DNA from: Candidatus Latescibacterota bacterium
Lineage (GTDB): Bacteria; Latescibacterota; UBA2968; UBA8231
Reading direction: 5' to 3'
DNA: 64,000 nucleotides
NCBI GenBank assembly: GCA_965203175.1
Contig: OZ241867.1
Coordinates: 768,001-832,000, forward strand
Below are positions 46,100-56,548 of the stretch, in pieces. Below the pieces are notes generated by a model. The model ran no database searches, was not told where the DNA came from, and saw only the letters and a program-made list of their open reading frames with translations. Position numbers and translations under genes: made by a program. The stretch's first letter is position 1; each line of letters starts with the position of its first letter.

Positions 46100-48823
46100 T
46101 CAGTGCGCCTCCAGCCAATTCTCGCCGGTACCCATCTCGATTTCTATCGGCACCTCCATCGGCAAAGCCTCGCGCATCTCGCGCGCGACTAGCGGCGGTA
46201 GGGTCTCTACCTCGTCCCGGTGCAGGTCAAAGACCAGTTCGTCGTGGACCTGCAACAGCATCGCCGAGCGAAACCCTTCCTCGCGCAGCAGCCGGTGGAT
46301 GCGGCTCATCGCCAGCTTGATCATATCCGCGGCCGTGCCCTGAATGCGAGTATTGATCGCGTTGCGCTCGGCTCCCTTGCGGGTGGTGGCATTGCGCGAG
46401 TTGATGTCGCGCAAATAGCGCCGCCGCCCGGTCACCGTCTCGACGTAGCCCTTGTCGCGGGCGAACTCCACAGTCTCGTCGAGATAGCACCGCACCCCTG
46501 GATACTGGGCAAAGTACTGCTCGATTAGCTCGGAGGCCTGCCAGCGCGGAATGTCGAGCCGCTCGGCCAAGCCAAAGGGCGAGATCCCGTAGATGATGCC
46601 GAAGTTGACCGTCTTGGCCTGGCGGCGCATCTCGGGAGTCGCTTGGTCTTCTGCGACTTGGTAGATCTTTGCGGCCGTGGCGAAGTGGATGTCGCCGCCG
46701 CTGTTGAAGGTGTCCAGCATCCCCTCGTCGCGGCTGAGCGCCGCGGCGATCCGCAACTCGATCTGCGAATAATCGGCCGAGAACAGCAGGTACTCGCTGC
46801 TGCGCGGCACAAAGGCGCGGCGGATTTCCCGCCCCTGCTCGCTGCGGATGGGAATGTTCTGGAGGTTCGGGCGGTCGGACTTCATGCGCCCGGTGGCGGT
46901 CATGAGCTGCTCGTAGTTGGTGTGGACGCGCCCGGTAGCTTTAAAGACCGCGCTGGGGAGCTGATCGACATAAGTTGACTTGAGCTTGGTGTGCAATCGG
47001 TATTCAAGCACCTGCCGCGCGATCTCGTGGCGATTGGCCAGCCGGCGCAAGATCTGTTCGCTGGTTTGGTACTGGCCGGTCTTCTGCGTCCGCCGCGCAT
47101 TGGGGTCCAGCTCCATCTTATCAAACAGCACGGTCCCTAGCTGGTTGCCCGAATTGAGGTTGAAGCGCTCCCCGGCCAGCTCAAAGACGCGCTCGGCAGC
47201 CTGCTCGATGGCCTCCTCAAACTGCCGCGAGAGCGCAGCCAAGGCAGAGCTTTCCATGCGGATGCCCTCGTATTCCATATCCACCAGCACCGGCAGGAGC
47301 GGAACTTCGATCTCGTAAAAAACGCGCTGCTGATCCATGTCTTCGATCTTCGGCCGCAGCGCCGCAGCGAGTTGGAAGGTAATGTCCGCGTCCTCGCAGG
47401 CGTACTCGGCCACTTGCTCTACCGGCACTTGCAGGAGCGTTAGCTGCTCACCGCCGCGCTCGCCGATCAACTCAGATATGGGCTTAGGCGAGTAGGAAAG
47501 CAGGCTCTTGGCCAGCTCGTCCATGCTGCGTCTCAACTCTGGCTCGGCCAAGGTCGCCGCTAGCATCGTGTCGAAGAACGGTCCCTCCACTCGCATACCG
47601 TGCCAGCGGAGGACGCTGAGATCGTACTTGAGGTTGTGGCCGATTTTTTCGCTCGTTCCTTCAAACACCGGGCGGAATTCCTCCAAAACGGCCAGCACCT
47701 CGGCCCGCTCCCTAGGCAGCGGCACGTAGTGGCCCGTACCCAGTGCCCACGAAAAGGCCAAGCCAATCAAGTCGCATTGCCGGACGTCGAGTCCGTTGGT
47801 CTCAACGTCAAAGCAAAACGCGGGCTGCTCCAACAGCTCCTCAATCAACGCCTGTCGCTTGTCGGGCGTATCGGCGAGTTGATAGTCGTGCTCTACATCC
47901 GCCACCCCTTTGAGCGGGCCGTGGGCCGATTCCTTTTCAACGCTAAACTCGTCACCGAGTAGCCGCCGACCCAGCGTATTGAATTCGAGCTCGGTGAAGA
48001 GGGCCTCTAACTTCTCGCGGTCCCAGTCGGCCTTAACCAAATCCGCCAGTCCCACGTCCAACGGCACGTCGCACTCAATGGTAACTAGCTCCTTGGAAAG
48101 CAGAGCCTGTTCCCGGTGTTCCTCTACGTTCTGTTTCTGCTTGCCCTTGAGCTGGTCGGTATGCGCCAGCAACTCTTCGACGCTGCCGTACTCAGCGATG
48201 AGCTTTTGCGCCGTCTTGGGGCCGATCCCAGGAACGCCGGGCACATTGTCCGAGGAGTCGCCCATCAGCCCCAGCACGTCGATCACTTGGTCGATCCGCT
48301 CGACCTGCCATTGGGCGAGAATCTCCGGCACGCCCAACACCTCGGCCTCGTCGCCGCCGCGCCCCGGCTTGTACATAAAACTCCGCTCGGAAACGAGCTG
48401 GCCGTAGTCCTTGTCGGGCGTGACCATGTACGTCGCAAATCCCTCGACCTCGGCCTTTTTAGCCAACGTACCGATCACATCGTCGGCCTCCCACCCCGGC
48501 TCGCGCAAAACCGGGATATTAAACGCCTCGCAGAGCCGGAACACATACGGCAGTGCTTGGCTCAAATCCTCGGGCATCGCCTCGCGCTGGGCTTTGTACT
48601 CTTCGTACTTGTGGTGCCGATGCGTCGGCTCAGGCGTGTCGAAAACAACGGCGATATGCGTCGGCTCACCCTTTTCGATGATGGAAAGCAAGGTATTGGC
48701 AAAGGCAAAAACGGCCGACGTGTTCATGCCCTTTGAGGTCAGGCGCGGATTGCGGATCATCGCGAAGTGGCCCCGATAGACGAGGGCCATACCATCTAGC
48801 AGGAAGAGGACTTTTTCGCTCAT
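46100..48823 (-). CDS. polA: DNA polymerase I
   Basis: 5'-3' exonuclease (EADDVIGTLA, GDSSDNVPGVPGIGPKTA), PNLQNIP, ADYSQIELR, AKTVNFGIIYG, QVHDEL. Confidence 0.98.
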   Translation of the reverse strand: MSEKVLFLLDGMALVYRGHFAMIRNPRLTSKGMNTSAVFAFANTLLSIIEKGEPTHIAVVFDTPEPTHRHHKYEEYKAQREAMPEDLSQALPYVFRLCEAFNIPVLREPGWEADDVIGTLAKKAEVEGFATYMVTPDKDYGQLVSERSFMYKPGRGGDEAEVLGVPEILAQWQVERIDQVIDVLGLMGDSSDNVPGVPGIGPKTAQKLIAEYGSVEELLAHTDQLKGKQKQNVEEHREQALLSKELVTIECDVPLDVGLADLVKADWDREKLEALFTELEFNTLGRRLLGDEFSVEKESAHGPLKGVADVEHDYQLADTPDKRQALIEELLEQPAFCFDVETNGLDVRQCDLIGLAFSWALGTGHYVPLPRERAEVLAVLEEFRPVFEGTSEKIGHNLKYDLSVLRWHGMRVEGPFFDTMLAATLAEPELRRSMDELAKSLLSYSPKPISELIGERGGEQLTLLQVPVEQVAEYACEDADITFQLAAALRPKIEDMDQQRVFYEIEVPLLPVLVDMEYEGIRMESSALAALSRQFEEAIEQAAERVFELAGERFNLNSGNQLGTVLFDKMELDPNARRTQKTGQYQTSEQILRRLANRHEIARQVLEYRLHTKLKSTYVDQLPSAVFKATGRVHTNYEQLMTATGRMKSDRPNLQNIPIRSEQGREIRRAFVPRSSEYLLFSADYSQIELRIAAALSRDEGMLDTFNSGGDIHFATAAKIYQVAEDQATPEMRRQAKTVNFGIIYGISPFGLAERLDIPRWQASELIEQYFAQYPGVRCYLDETVEFARDKGYVETVTGRRRYLRDINSRNATTRKGAERNAINTRIQGTAADMIKLAMSRIHRLLREEGFRSAMLLQVHDELVFDLHRDEVETLPPLVAREMREALPMEVPIEIEMGTGENWLEAH

Positions 48824-48843
48824 GCAGAATTCTTTCGTCGCGC

Positions 48844-49683
48844 TTAAACGGCTTGGTTAGCTGCTTCGTAGTACTTGTTGATGCCGGGCACGTCGCTCAT
48901 CCCGTGCCACACGCCCCGAAAGAGCGTGCGGCGCTTCTCTGGAAACGAGGCGATCACTTCGGCGGACGGACACCCTTTGCCCCACTTGGAATTGACTGTG
49001 TCGTAACAGGTGAACAAGCTCAGCCGGTCGCGCTGCTCGTTGGTCCAGCGCGTGCCCGAATGGCACAGAGCCTCGGTGAAAATCACCGCCGAACCAGCCG
49101 AGCAGGCATAGCTCTCCCACAGCGCACTGTCGCGCGCGCTCAACTCGTCGGGCCGGGAAAAGGCGGCCTTGTGGCTGCCCGGCAGAAAAAGCGTGCCCCC
49201 GTCGCCGTCGCCGACTTCGTTGAGCTCCCACACCACCCGCGTCAGGCCGGAATGCACCTTGCCCGACTGCATCTGGTAGATGTGCGAGTTGCCGCGAAAG
49301 TTGAAGTACCCGCCGCCGCCATGCGGGCCGAAGTTGTCGTGCCCAGCCTGGCGATGGCTGGTATAGGTGTGGTCGTAGCGGAACCCATAGCAGTCTTCGC
49401 TGGCCAGCGCCTGATGCGACAGCACTTCGTTGAGCACGCCCACTACCGCAGGGTGGTCGAGCAAGATCTGCGACGGGCCGCCGTGATTGTCGCGCTCGTC
49501 CGGCGGCAGGGACTCGCGCTCGTAGAGAAATTTCATCTGGTGAGCGCGGATTGACACTAGCTCTTCTTCGCTCAACAGCGCGGGCAAAAGAATAAACCCC
49601 TTGAGGTCAAAGAGGTACTTCTGGGCCTCGGTCATCGGGATGACGTCCCGCCCGTCGGCATTGGTCGTCGGCAGCAGGTCCAT
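48844..49683 (-). CDS. Phytanoyl-CoA dioxygenase (PhyH) family protein
   Basis: YLFDLKGF, PHGG, GGTLFLPGSHK, FTEALCH..T. Confidence 0.82.
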   Translation of the reverse strand: MDLLPTTNADGRDVIPMTEAQKYLFDLKGFILLPALLSEEELVSIRAHQMKFLYERESLPPDERDNHGGPSQILLDHPAVVGVLNEVLSHQALASEDCYGFRYDHTYTSHRQAGHDNFGPHGGGGYFNFRGNSHIYQMQSGKVHSGLTRVVWELNEVGDGDGGTLFLPGSHKAAFSRPDELSARDSALWESYACSAGSAVIFTEALCHSGTRWTNEQRDRLSLFTCYDTVNSKWGKGCPSAEVIASFPEKRRTLFRGVWHGMSDVPGINKYYEAANQAV

Positions 49684-49690
49684 ACGCGCT

Positions 49691-50704
49691 TCAGTCCTTC
49701 CAGTTGAATACCACGTTGAGCATGTTTTTCTCGCGGTGATACGCCATTTCATAGGCTTGCACCATGTCCGAGTAGTGCAGCCGGTGGGTGACCAAACGGC
49801 TCGGCTGGAGCTTGCCCTCCTGCATCAGCGAGAGCACGTGGACGCAGCGGCCGTCGTTGTCAAAGTGGTCTCCTTCCGGCGGCGGAAAAAGCGACCCAGC
49901 CCGGTCGTTGACGGCGACAATTGAAACGCCCTTGAAGTAAAACCAGCGCATGTCCAACGGGTTAAAATCCAACGGCTCTTCGCCCCGCCCGGGCAAGCTG
50001 ACGACGGATACCCGCCCGTTGGTCCGGACCACTTCCATCGCCGTGCGATACGCCGGCCAAGGGTTGGCCGTCAGGATCACCAAGTCGATCCCCTGCCCGT
50101 GGGTGAATTCGTCCAGCTTGTCCTCCAACTCGGGGTCGTCCGACAACAGGGCCTCGTGCGCCCCCATCTGCCGCGCCATATCCAAGCGCACCGAACTGTT
50201 GCCTAGTCCCACGACTCGCGCACCAAAAAGCGGGCCTAGCGCCACGGCCCCCAGTCCCAAGACGCCCAATCCCACCACGGCCACGGTCTCGCCGGGCGCG
50301 AAAAACGCCTTGGTGTAGCAATGCATGCTCAAGGCGTACAAATGGGCGAACACCGCGTCTTCGGCCGCCACCCCATCCGGCACGTGGACAATGCTCTCGC
50401 TGTCCCGCGCCACGTACGCCGACTGATGGGGATGCCGCGACACCACCCGATCCCCCACCGCGAACTTGGTGACCTTGCTGCCGACCCCGCGCACCACGCC
50501 TAGGTTGCTGTCGCCCACCCAACGCGGAAAATCCGGTGCTCCGGGCACCTGTTCGGCCCCTTCGTAGTTGCCGCGATCAGTGCCGATCTTAAACCCCGTA
50601 ATCTCCGTCTCCACCCAAATCTGGTCGTCCTCCAAGTTCTCCGTGTCCAGCGTCAAATCTTCAATCCGCAAATCTCGCGGACCGTGCAGCATGGCAATTT
50701 TCAT
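49691..50704 (-). CDS. MDR-family (zinc-binding dehydrogenase-like) oxidoreductase
   Basis: GroES-like N-terminus, VVGLGVLG Rossmann motif; canonical Zn ligands absent. Confidence 0.85.
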   Translation of the reverse strand: MKIAMLHGPRDLRIEDLTLDTENLEDDQIWVETEITGFKIGTDRGNYEGAEQVPGAPDFPRWVGDSNLGVVRGVGSKVTKFAVGDRVVSRHPHQSAYVARDSESIVHVPDGVAAEDAVFAHLYALSMHCYTKAFFAPGETVAVVGLGVLGLGAVALGPLFGARVVGLGNSSVRLDMARQMGAHEALLSDDPELEDKLDEFTHGQGIDLVILTANPWPAYRTAMEVVRTNGRVSVVSLPGRGEEPLDFNPLDMRWFYFKGVSIVAVNDRAGSLFPPPEGDHFDNDGRCVHVLSLMQEGKLQPSRLVTHRLHYSDMVQAYEMAYHREKNMLNVVFNWKD

Positions 50705-50721
50705 GCGATTTCCTCCGGCTG

Positions 50722-52596
50722 TTAAAGTCCAATTTCGTGGCGCAGCGCCTCGGTATCAGCGCACCAGTTGCCAACGTTCCAGCGGCCAAAGGCCCCCAAG
50801 GCTCCGCGTTCGTCTGGTCCGAAATAAACGGGGACGTGTATCAGCGACAAGCCGCCGTGCGCCCGCGCCTGGTCCAATGCCCTTTCCAGCGACTCGGGCG
50901 AATACCCGCCGCTCAACGCGACCACGCCCTCTACTGCACTCGCCCAAGCCACGTAGTCAACAGCCACGCGGTCCCAAGTGCCACAGTCAGCGCCGTACTG
51001 GGCCAGTTGCAAACCCGAGATCGCGCCCATCCGCCGATTGTCCAACAGCAGGATGCACCCGGTCGCTCCGTGCTCTACCCCGTCGATGAGCACCTGCGGA
51101 TTCATGGTGAAAGACCCATCGCCGCTAATGGCCAACCCGTAGAACGGCTCGGCTGCTACCGCCGTGGCCAACAGTGCCGAGACCGCAAATCCCATATAGC
51201 TAGCCCCGGTCTCGGTAAAGGTGCGCCCCAAGCGATCGTCCTCTACTACTTGAAATCCATTGGCCTGTACGTCGCCGGCGTCGAAAAAACACACCGCATC
51301 GCGGGCGCGCGCCCAGTCCGTGGCCACCTTGATGGCCGTCGGCTGCGTCATAACCTCCGCGTCCCACATCTCGTCGTACAGCACTGACTTGTGATAGCGC
51401 ACGGCCTTAAACGCCGCCCACTCCCGCTTCTTGTCGCTACAGGCTTGCAACCAAGCCGAAGGGGAGCCGTTTTGCACGCGGCTCGCGCTGAGCGCGCGAT
51501 TCAATTTCCGCAGCGTCCCGGCCGCATCGCCGACCAAGGCCATAGTCTTGCCGTAGTGAGTGGCGGTCTCTGAATCGGCGTTGATATTGACGACTCTCTG
51601 TACGCGCGGATAGCCCGTGCGCGACGAATCCGACTGGCAGACAAAGCGGGCACCAACGGCGATCAAGAAATCGGCTTCCTCCATTGCATAGTTGCCGCAG
51701 ATCGACCCCTTGCTGCCGCCGACGGTCATGTTGCGCGGATGATCGTACGGCAAGACGCCGGAGACTAAGGGACTGGTCACAGCCACTGCGTCGGCTAGCT
51801 CCAACAACTCAGCCAACTCCGCCCCGGCCCCACGCGCACCGCCGCCAACCTTGACGACGACGCGCTCGGCCGCAGCAATGGCGGCTGCCGCCTCTGCGTA
51901 GCGCCCCTCATCCGCAGCCACACCCAACGCTGGCGGTGCGCCCACGGGCAGCTCGTCCAAATTGAATTGCGCCAGTTCCGCCGGTTGCACGTTGAGCGGC
52001 AAGAGCAAGAAAAACGGCTCGGCCTGATGCGGATGTTCCACCGCGTTGAGTCCGCGCCGCAATGCCGTGGCAAGCGCCAGCGGCGTGTGCAGCGAGTACG
52101 CCCGGCTCATAGTGCCAAACAGCCGCAGGAAGGCATTTTGTTCGGTCCCGGGTATCTGCTGCATGTTCGGCCCTTCGTCTTGGGTCGTCTCGTCCCCGAG
52201 CAGATACCAGATGCCCAACCCGTCCGAGCGCGGGACAATAGAGGCCGCCAGCGCTTGCAGTGCTCCCGGACCGATCGAGGTGACGACCGCAGCCTTTTCG
52301 CCGCGCACCCAGCGCAGAGCCGCAGCCGCGTGCGACGCCTCGATTTCGCTACGCACCCCACAGACGCGCACTAGCCCAGCGTCCTGATAAACCCGCAAGA
52401 CCTCGCCGATCTCAGTCGAGCCGTGGCCAAAGACGCAAAAAAACGTCCTGACGCCTTGCAACCAAAGCCCCAGGACTAGCGCCTCGGATACCGTGGTATC
52501 GATGCGGCGGCCCAGCACCCCAAAACCCCCGGCTGCGGCGATTTGCTGCGCCCGCTCCTGCCGCGTCTGTGCCAATTGCTCTACGGTTGCTTCCAT
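50722..52596 (-). CDS. Thiamine-diphosphate-dependent enzyme (IolD-like acylhydrolase family)
   Basis: FGHG, SEIEASHAA, TSIGPGA, YMGF, GDGSFTMN…LLDN ThDP motif. Confidence 0.8.
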   Translation of the reverse strand: MEATVEQLAQTRQERAQQIAAAGGFGVLGRRIDTTVSEALVLGLWLQGVRTFFCVFGHGSTEIGEVLRVYQDAGLVRVCGVRSEIEASHAAAALRWVRGEKAAVVTSIGPGALQALAASIVPRSDGLGIWYLLGDETTQDEGPNMQQIPGTEQNAFLRLFGTMSRAYSLHTPLALATALRRGLNAVEHPHQAEPFFLLLPLNVQPAELAQFNLDELPVGAPPALGVAADEGRYAEAAAAIAAAERVVVKVGGGARGAGAELAELLELADAVAVTSPLVSGVLPYDHPRNMTVGGSKGSICGNYAMEEADFLIAVGARFVCQSDSSRTGYPRVQRVVNINADSETATHYGKTMALVGDAAGTLRKLNRALSASRVQNGSPSAWLQACSDKKREWAAFKAVRYHKSVLYDEMWDAEVMTQPTAIKVATDWARARDAVCFFDAGDVQANGFQVVEDDRLGRTFTETGASYMGFAVSALLATAVAAEPFYGLAISGDGSFTMNPQVLIDGVEHGATGCILLLDNRRMGAISGLQLAQYGADCGTWDRVAVDYVAWASAVEGVVALSGGYSPESLERALDQARAHGGLSLIHVPVYFGPDERGALGAFGRWNVGNWCADTEALRHEIGL

Positions 52597-52598
52597 AG

Positions 52599-53183
52599 TC
52601 AGCGGTCCGACAGATGCCCCCAAACGCATTCAGCCACCACACGTCCCAATAACTGCGATCCCTCCTCGGTAAAATGCACCCCATCTTGGGTCAAAAGCCG
52701 AGCCTTTCCCTCGCGTTGAACAACGGCAAAGAGGTCGTCAATCGGCACGTCTAGATCCTCTGCCACGGCGCGGGCCGCCGCATTGTAGGCCTCCACATCG
52801 GCCTCCAAGCGATCGAAGCCCTTATTCTGATGATGCCAATTTTCGTCCACTGGCGTAGTAGTAGCCCAGACGACGGCCCCGTTCAACTCGCGTTGCAGCC
52901 TTTGCAGTATCTGGCGCACGTTGCGCTCGTATTCGTCCAGAGGCACTGCGGATGCTGCGCCAAAGGCCCTCTTCAAATCGTGCAACCCACAATTGACGTG
53001 TACCACGTCCGGCTGGCGCGCAAGCACCCACTGGTCCAGATGTGCGAGAACATTGCGACTATCGCCGCCGTTTTCTTCAGGTACCCAAACCTCGGCCCGA
53101 CCCGCCAACTGACTGGCGACATGGTCCTGATAACCCATGCGAATCGAGTCGCCGATTAGGACGACGAGGGACAAATTAGCCAT
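52599..53183 (-). CDS. SGNH/GDSL hydrolase
   Basis: IGDSI, NCGLHD, DGVH motifs. Confidence 0.88.
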   Translation of the reverse strand: MANLSLVVLIGDSIRMGYQDHVASQLAGRAEVWVPEENGGDSRNVLAHLDQWVLARQPDVVHVNCGLHDLKRAFGAASAVPLDEYERNVRQILQRLQRELNGAVVWATTTPVDENWHHQNKGFDRLEADVEAYNAAARAVAEDLDVPIDDLFAVVQREGKARLLTQDGVHFTEEGSQLLGRVVAECVWGHLSDR

Positions 53184-53189
53184 AAAGCA

Positions 53190-53678
53190 TCACGCCGAAC
53201 TGACGCCTCCCATCTTGCAGACTTCCTTCCACTCCTGCGCGGTGACCGGCTGAATCGAGAGCCGCTGACCTCGTTGCACCACCCGCATGTCGGCGAGCTT
53301 GTCGTTGGCCTTGAGGTCGGCAAGGTGGACAAACCGTTTGAATCTGCGTTTCCACTTCACGTCGAAAGAGAACCAGCGCGGCTCATCCTCAGTGGATTTT
53401 TCGTCGTAGTAGTGGTGCTTGTCGTCGAATTGGCTAGGGTCGGGATACCCCGCTCTTGTAATCGTCGCGATTCCAGCAATCCCCGGCTCGTCGCAATTGG
53501 AGTGATAAAAAAACGCCAACTCCCCCTTCTTCATGTCGTCGCGAATGAGATTGCGCGCTTGGTAGTTGCGCACCCCTCGCCAGTAGCCCGTGCTTTGCGG
53601 ACGCTGCTTTAACTCGTCAAAGGAGCACTCGTCGAATTCGCACTTGACGAGCCAGTACTTTTTTCCCCGCTTGCTCAC
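53190..53678 (-). CDS. EVE domain-containing protein
   Basis: YWLVK, W.GVRNYQARN, FFYHSNC, RLSIQPV. Confidence 0.9.
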   Translation of the reverse strand: MSKRGKKYWLVKCEFDECSFDELKQRPQSTGYWRGVRNYQARNLIRDDMKKGELAFFYHSNCDEPGIAGIATITRAGYPDPSQFDDKHHYYDEKSTEDEPRWFSFDVKWKRRFKRFVHLADLKANDKLADMRVVQRGQRLSIQPVTAQEWKEVCKMGGVSSA

Positions 53679-54493
53679 AACCATTCCTCGACCACTTCCC
53701 GCGTCTTTGCTATACCCTCCCATTCGTCTCCTGGACTAGAAAAAATCAGCGAGTATGGCCCGGCAAATCCCGCATCATTGGCCAACTGGAGACAGTGATC
53801 AAAATCCTCGCGGTCCATCTGCCCCACTGCGGTAAAGTCGGCCTTGGCGTGTACGGAAGTCGCCCTCGGCAGAATCGCCGCCAGATCGCGGTATTTGTCC
53901 GGCCCCTTGAAGTTGCCAAAGTCAGCGCATAGGCCGACCTCGCCGTCGCACAAGTCGAGGACCGCATTGAGCGACTCAACGCTCGTACCCAGCGTCCGAA
54001 AATTCTCCGTCATCACCCCAATACCCAAGGTGCGACCAAAGCTGGCGAGCGTCCGCAAATTCGCCGCGCTGACCTGCACGGCTCCGCCGTCGCTTGCCTC
54101 CCCGGCGATCACCCGCACGCACTGCGTGCCACAGCGGGCGGCAATCTCCATCCACTCGCGCACCCAAACCACTTCATTTGCGCGTCGGGCCGCATCGGGA
54201 TGCGCAATGTCCCCAGCGTCAATTAGCACGCTGAAGAGCCCGACGCCGCTGTCGGCAAGTGCTTGCCGCAATTGGCTGATATAATCATCGTCGAGCCTAG
54301 GAAAGTGGAAGTGGCAAATCTCCAACAGGCCGATGCCGCGTGCGGCAAGCTGCGCCGGTAGCTCTAACAAGGTGAGATCGCCCTGCCCGGTCCCTTCTAG
54401 CACCGGCTCGCCCTTGGGGTCGGGCCACTGGTACATCGACGCTCCTAACGTCCTGTGCAAGCTCCATGTCGAGGTCGCTATACGCGTCATCAC
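53675..54493 (-). CDS. Sugar-phosphate isomerase/epimerase (xylose-isomerase-like TIM barrel)
   Basis: TEN, ADFGNF, VHAK metal-binding motifs. Confidence 0.82.
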   Translation of the reverse strand: MMTRIATSTWSLHRTLGASMYQWPDPKGEPVLEGTGQGDLTLLELPAQLAARGIGLLEICHFHFPRLDDDYISQLRQALADSGVGLFSVLIDAGDIAHPDAARRANEVVWVREWMEIAARCGTQCVRVIAGEASDGGAVQVSAANLRTLASFGRTLGIGVMTENFRTLGTSVESLNAVLDLCDGEVGLCADFGNFKGPDKYRDLAAILPRATSVHAKADFTAVGQMDREDFDHCLQLANDAGFAGPYSLIFSSPGDEWEGIAKTREVVEEWL

Positions 54494-54500
54494 ACCATCC

Positions 54501-55196
54501 TCACAGGTTGATTTTAGCGACCCATCCAGACGCGGCGTCGCAATAGATCAAATCCTCGCCAAAAATCGACAAGCCGTGCGGCTGGGGGTCGCTGTCGGGC
54601 ACCACAACTCGATCCAACTCGGCCCCGCTCTCCACGTCGAGTTTGACGATCACGCGGTCGGACGTGTGCACCACCCAAATGCCGTCGGCAACCCGCACCA
54701 CGCCGTGCGCGCGCCCGTAGGGCAGGTCCAGCACGTGCTCGACCGACCAGCCGGCGATCTTGACTTTGCTCAACGTCTGGCTCTTGAGAGTGGTAATCCA
54801 CACGTGGCCTTCTTCAAACGGATCGTACTCCATCCCGTGGACCCCACCTCCGCCAGGCACAGGATAGCGATTGCGAGTCGCGCCAGTGGCCGGATCGACC
54901 TCGAAAATCTCGCCCTCCTCAGCGTCCGTCGGCCGTGCGGGCCGCCAGAGCGTACCCGCCCCGTTGGCCGCCAACCACAGCGAGCCGCCGCCCCACGCCA
55001 TGCCGCTGGTATTGGACGACTCGCTGGGGATATCGCGGATCAGGCGGGTGACGCCGTATTCAGACGGCTCGGCGATTTCAATAAGCGCCACCCGGTCGGT
55101 AATTTGGTCGGTAATCCACAGTCCTTCTTCTACTACTTGCAGCGCATTGGGCACCCCGTACGGGGCGCGGAAGAGCTTCTCTACGGTCCTACTCAT
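54501..55196 (-). CDS. Hypothetical beta-propeller protein (Vgb/glutamine cyclotransferase-like)
   Basis: Repeated blades PNAL…LWITD, SGMAW…LW, HGM, PHGL. Confidence 0.65.
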   Translation of the reverse strand: MSRTVEKLFRAPYGVPNALQVVEEGLWITDQITDRVALIEIAEPSEYGVTRLIRDIPSESSNTSGMAWGGGSLWLAANGAGTLWRPARPTDAEEGEIFEVDPATGATRNRYPVPGGGGVHGMEYDPFEEGHVWITTLKSQTLSKVKIAGWSVEHVLDLPYGRAHGVVRVADGIWVVHTSDRVIVKLDVESGAELDRVVVPDSDPQPHGLSIFGEDLIYCDAASGWVAKINL

Positions 55197-55210
55197 CGTC
55201 GTCTCCTGAC

Positions 55211-56182
55211 TCAGTTGTCCCACGTCAATAATACCGCCATCGTCTCGCCCAACCGATTGTAGAGCAAATCGAAGGCCGCTGCCGCTTCGGTGTAGGGGAA
55301 GCGGTGAGTGATCATCTTGGCGAACTGGATCTGGTCTGTAGCCAGCAACTCTAACGTACGCGCCGATCCTTCGGGCCGCCGACTAGCGTCGAGATAGCTG
55401 CCTATGAGGCGCTTGCCCATGATTTTTTCTGAATAGAGCGGCAGAGGTTCGTTCTCGTACAGGCCCAGCACCTGCAAGAGGCCGCCGCTCTTGAGCATGT
55501 CCTGCGCCTCGGCAAAAGCCTGTGCCCCAGCCCGCCCGCCCACGGCTTCGACCACGATGTCGGCACCCTTCCCGTCCGTCAGCTCCAAGACCTGTGCGAC
55601 CGGATCGCCAGCGCTGGCGTCAATCATCTCGTCAACCCCCAACTCGCGCGCCAGTTCACAGCGCAAGGGCAAAGTGTCAATCCCAATGACGCGCCCCGCG
55701 CCCTGTGCCTTGGCCGCCTGCATACAACCGCTGCCGACCAAGCCCTGCCCCTGTATGACCATGACATCGTCCGGGCCGGCCCCGGTCTCCCACATCCACA
55801 GGACCGAACTGGTTCCCAGCGGCCAAAAGGTGCCCGCCTCGGGCGACAGGCCCGCGGGCAGGCGCACGGCCGCAGGCTGGTGCCGGCTGGCTCCGACTTC
55901 GACCGCCACGTATTCGGCGTGCGGCGCAAGCGCCGCGACCAAGTCTCCGACTTTGAACTCCTCGACCTCTGCACCCACCTCTGCGACTCGGCCCACCAGC
56001 GAGTAGCCCATGGAGCGGTGGTCGATAGCCTCTTCGCGCACGTAGCGCCGCCAAATCTCCGAGCCTCGGCTGATCAGCGAACATTCGGCGCGAATCAAAA
56101 TCTCGGTCGAGGCAATGGCCGGGGTCTCGACCTCTTCTACTACGATATTATAGGCCCCTGCGGGCTTGGCGATGCGTTTCAT
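55211..56182 (-). CDS. MDR-family (zinc-binding dehydrogenase-like) oxidoreductase
   Basis: ISRGSE, GYS.VG, GQGLVG, MITHRF; GAGGAGG RBS. Confidence 0.85.
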   Translation of the reverse strand: MKRIAKPAGAYNIVVEEVETPAIASTEILIRAECSLISRGSEIWRRYVREEAIDHRSMGYSLVGRVAEVGAEVEEFKVGDLVAALAPHAEYVAVEVGASRHQPAAVRLPAGLSPEAGTFWPLGTSSVLWMWETGAGPDDVMVIQGQGLVGSGCMQAAKAQGAGRVIGIDTLPLRCELARELGVDEMIDASAGDPVAQVLELTDGKGADIVVEAVGGRAGAQAFAEAQDMLKSGGLLQVLGLYENEPLPLYSEKIMGKRLIGSYLDASRRPEGSARTLELLATDQIQFAKMITHRFPYTEAAAAFDLLYNRLGETMAVLLTWDN

Positions 56183-56248
56183 AGACGGCCTCCTCGCGGA
56201 CAATATGGCAAAAATACCGCGCGTGAACCAACCTAGTTCAACGCGGGC

Positions 56249-56287
56249 AAAAAAAACCGGGCGCACCCTAAGGTGGGGTGCGCCCGG
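56249..56287 (-). terminator. Strong intrinsic terminator
   Basis: 12-bp stem CCGGGCGCACCC/GGGTGCGCCCGG followed by T8 on the minus strand. Confidence 0.9.
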
Positions 56288-56548
56288 CTGTACTCTCAGA
56301 AGCTATGCCGCCGAGGCGACTGTGCTTCTGACCAGGTAGTCGATCACCTGGAGTTGATCAAGTGATCAACCTCCCTGCGGTACGTTTACTACTCAATGGA
56401 CCACCTCCTTTCGCTGTGCGCGCCTCATATCCATACTCCAACTCTGCGCGTCGTTGCGGCCAATTGCAAAGTCGGGTTGGCCCGCTCGCGTAGCCTCGAG
56501 CCTCAGCATAGCGGCAACAGGGGTTTGAGGCCCCCGAACTCGACTCGA
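56249..56548 (-). ncRNA. Candidate structured RNA / micro-ORF transcript with extended 16S-complementary Shine-Dalgarno
   Basis: Multiple hairpins, GAAAGGAGGTGGTCCA (56397-56412), 12-codon ORF 56358-56396, own terminator; no family recognised. Confidence 0.5.

Noticed and set aside
56290-56548. tmRNA, RNase P, SRP, 16S rRNA fragment or known riboswitch
   Set aside because: Lacks tRNA-like ends and tag peptide, GAGGAAAGUCC and recognisable aptamer cores; similarity to 16S is limited to the terminal 16 nt.
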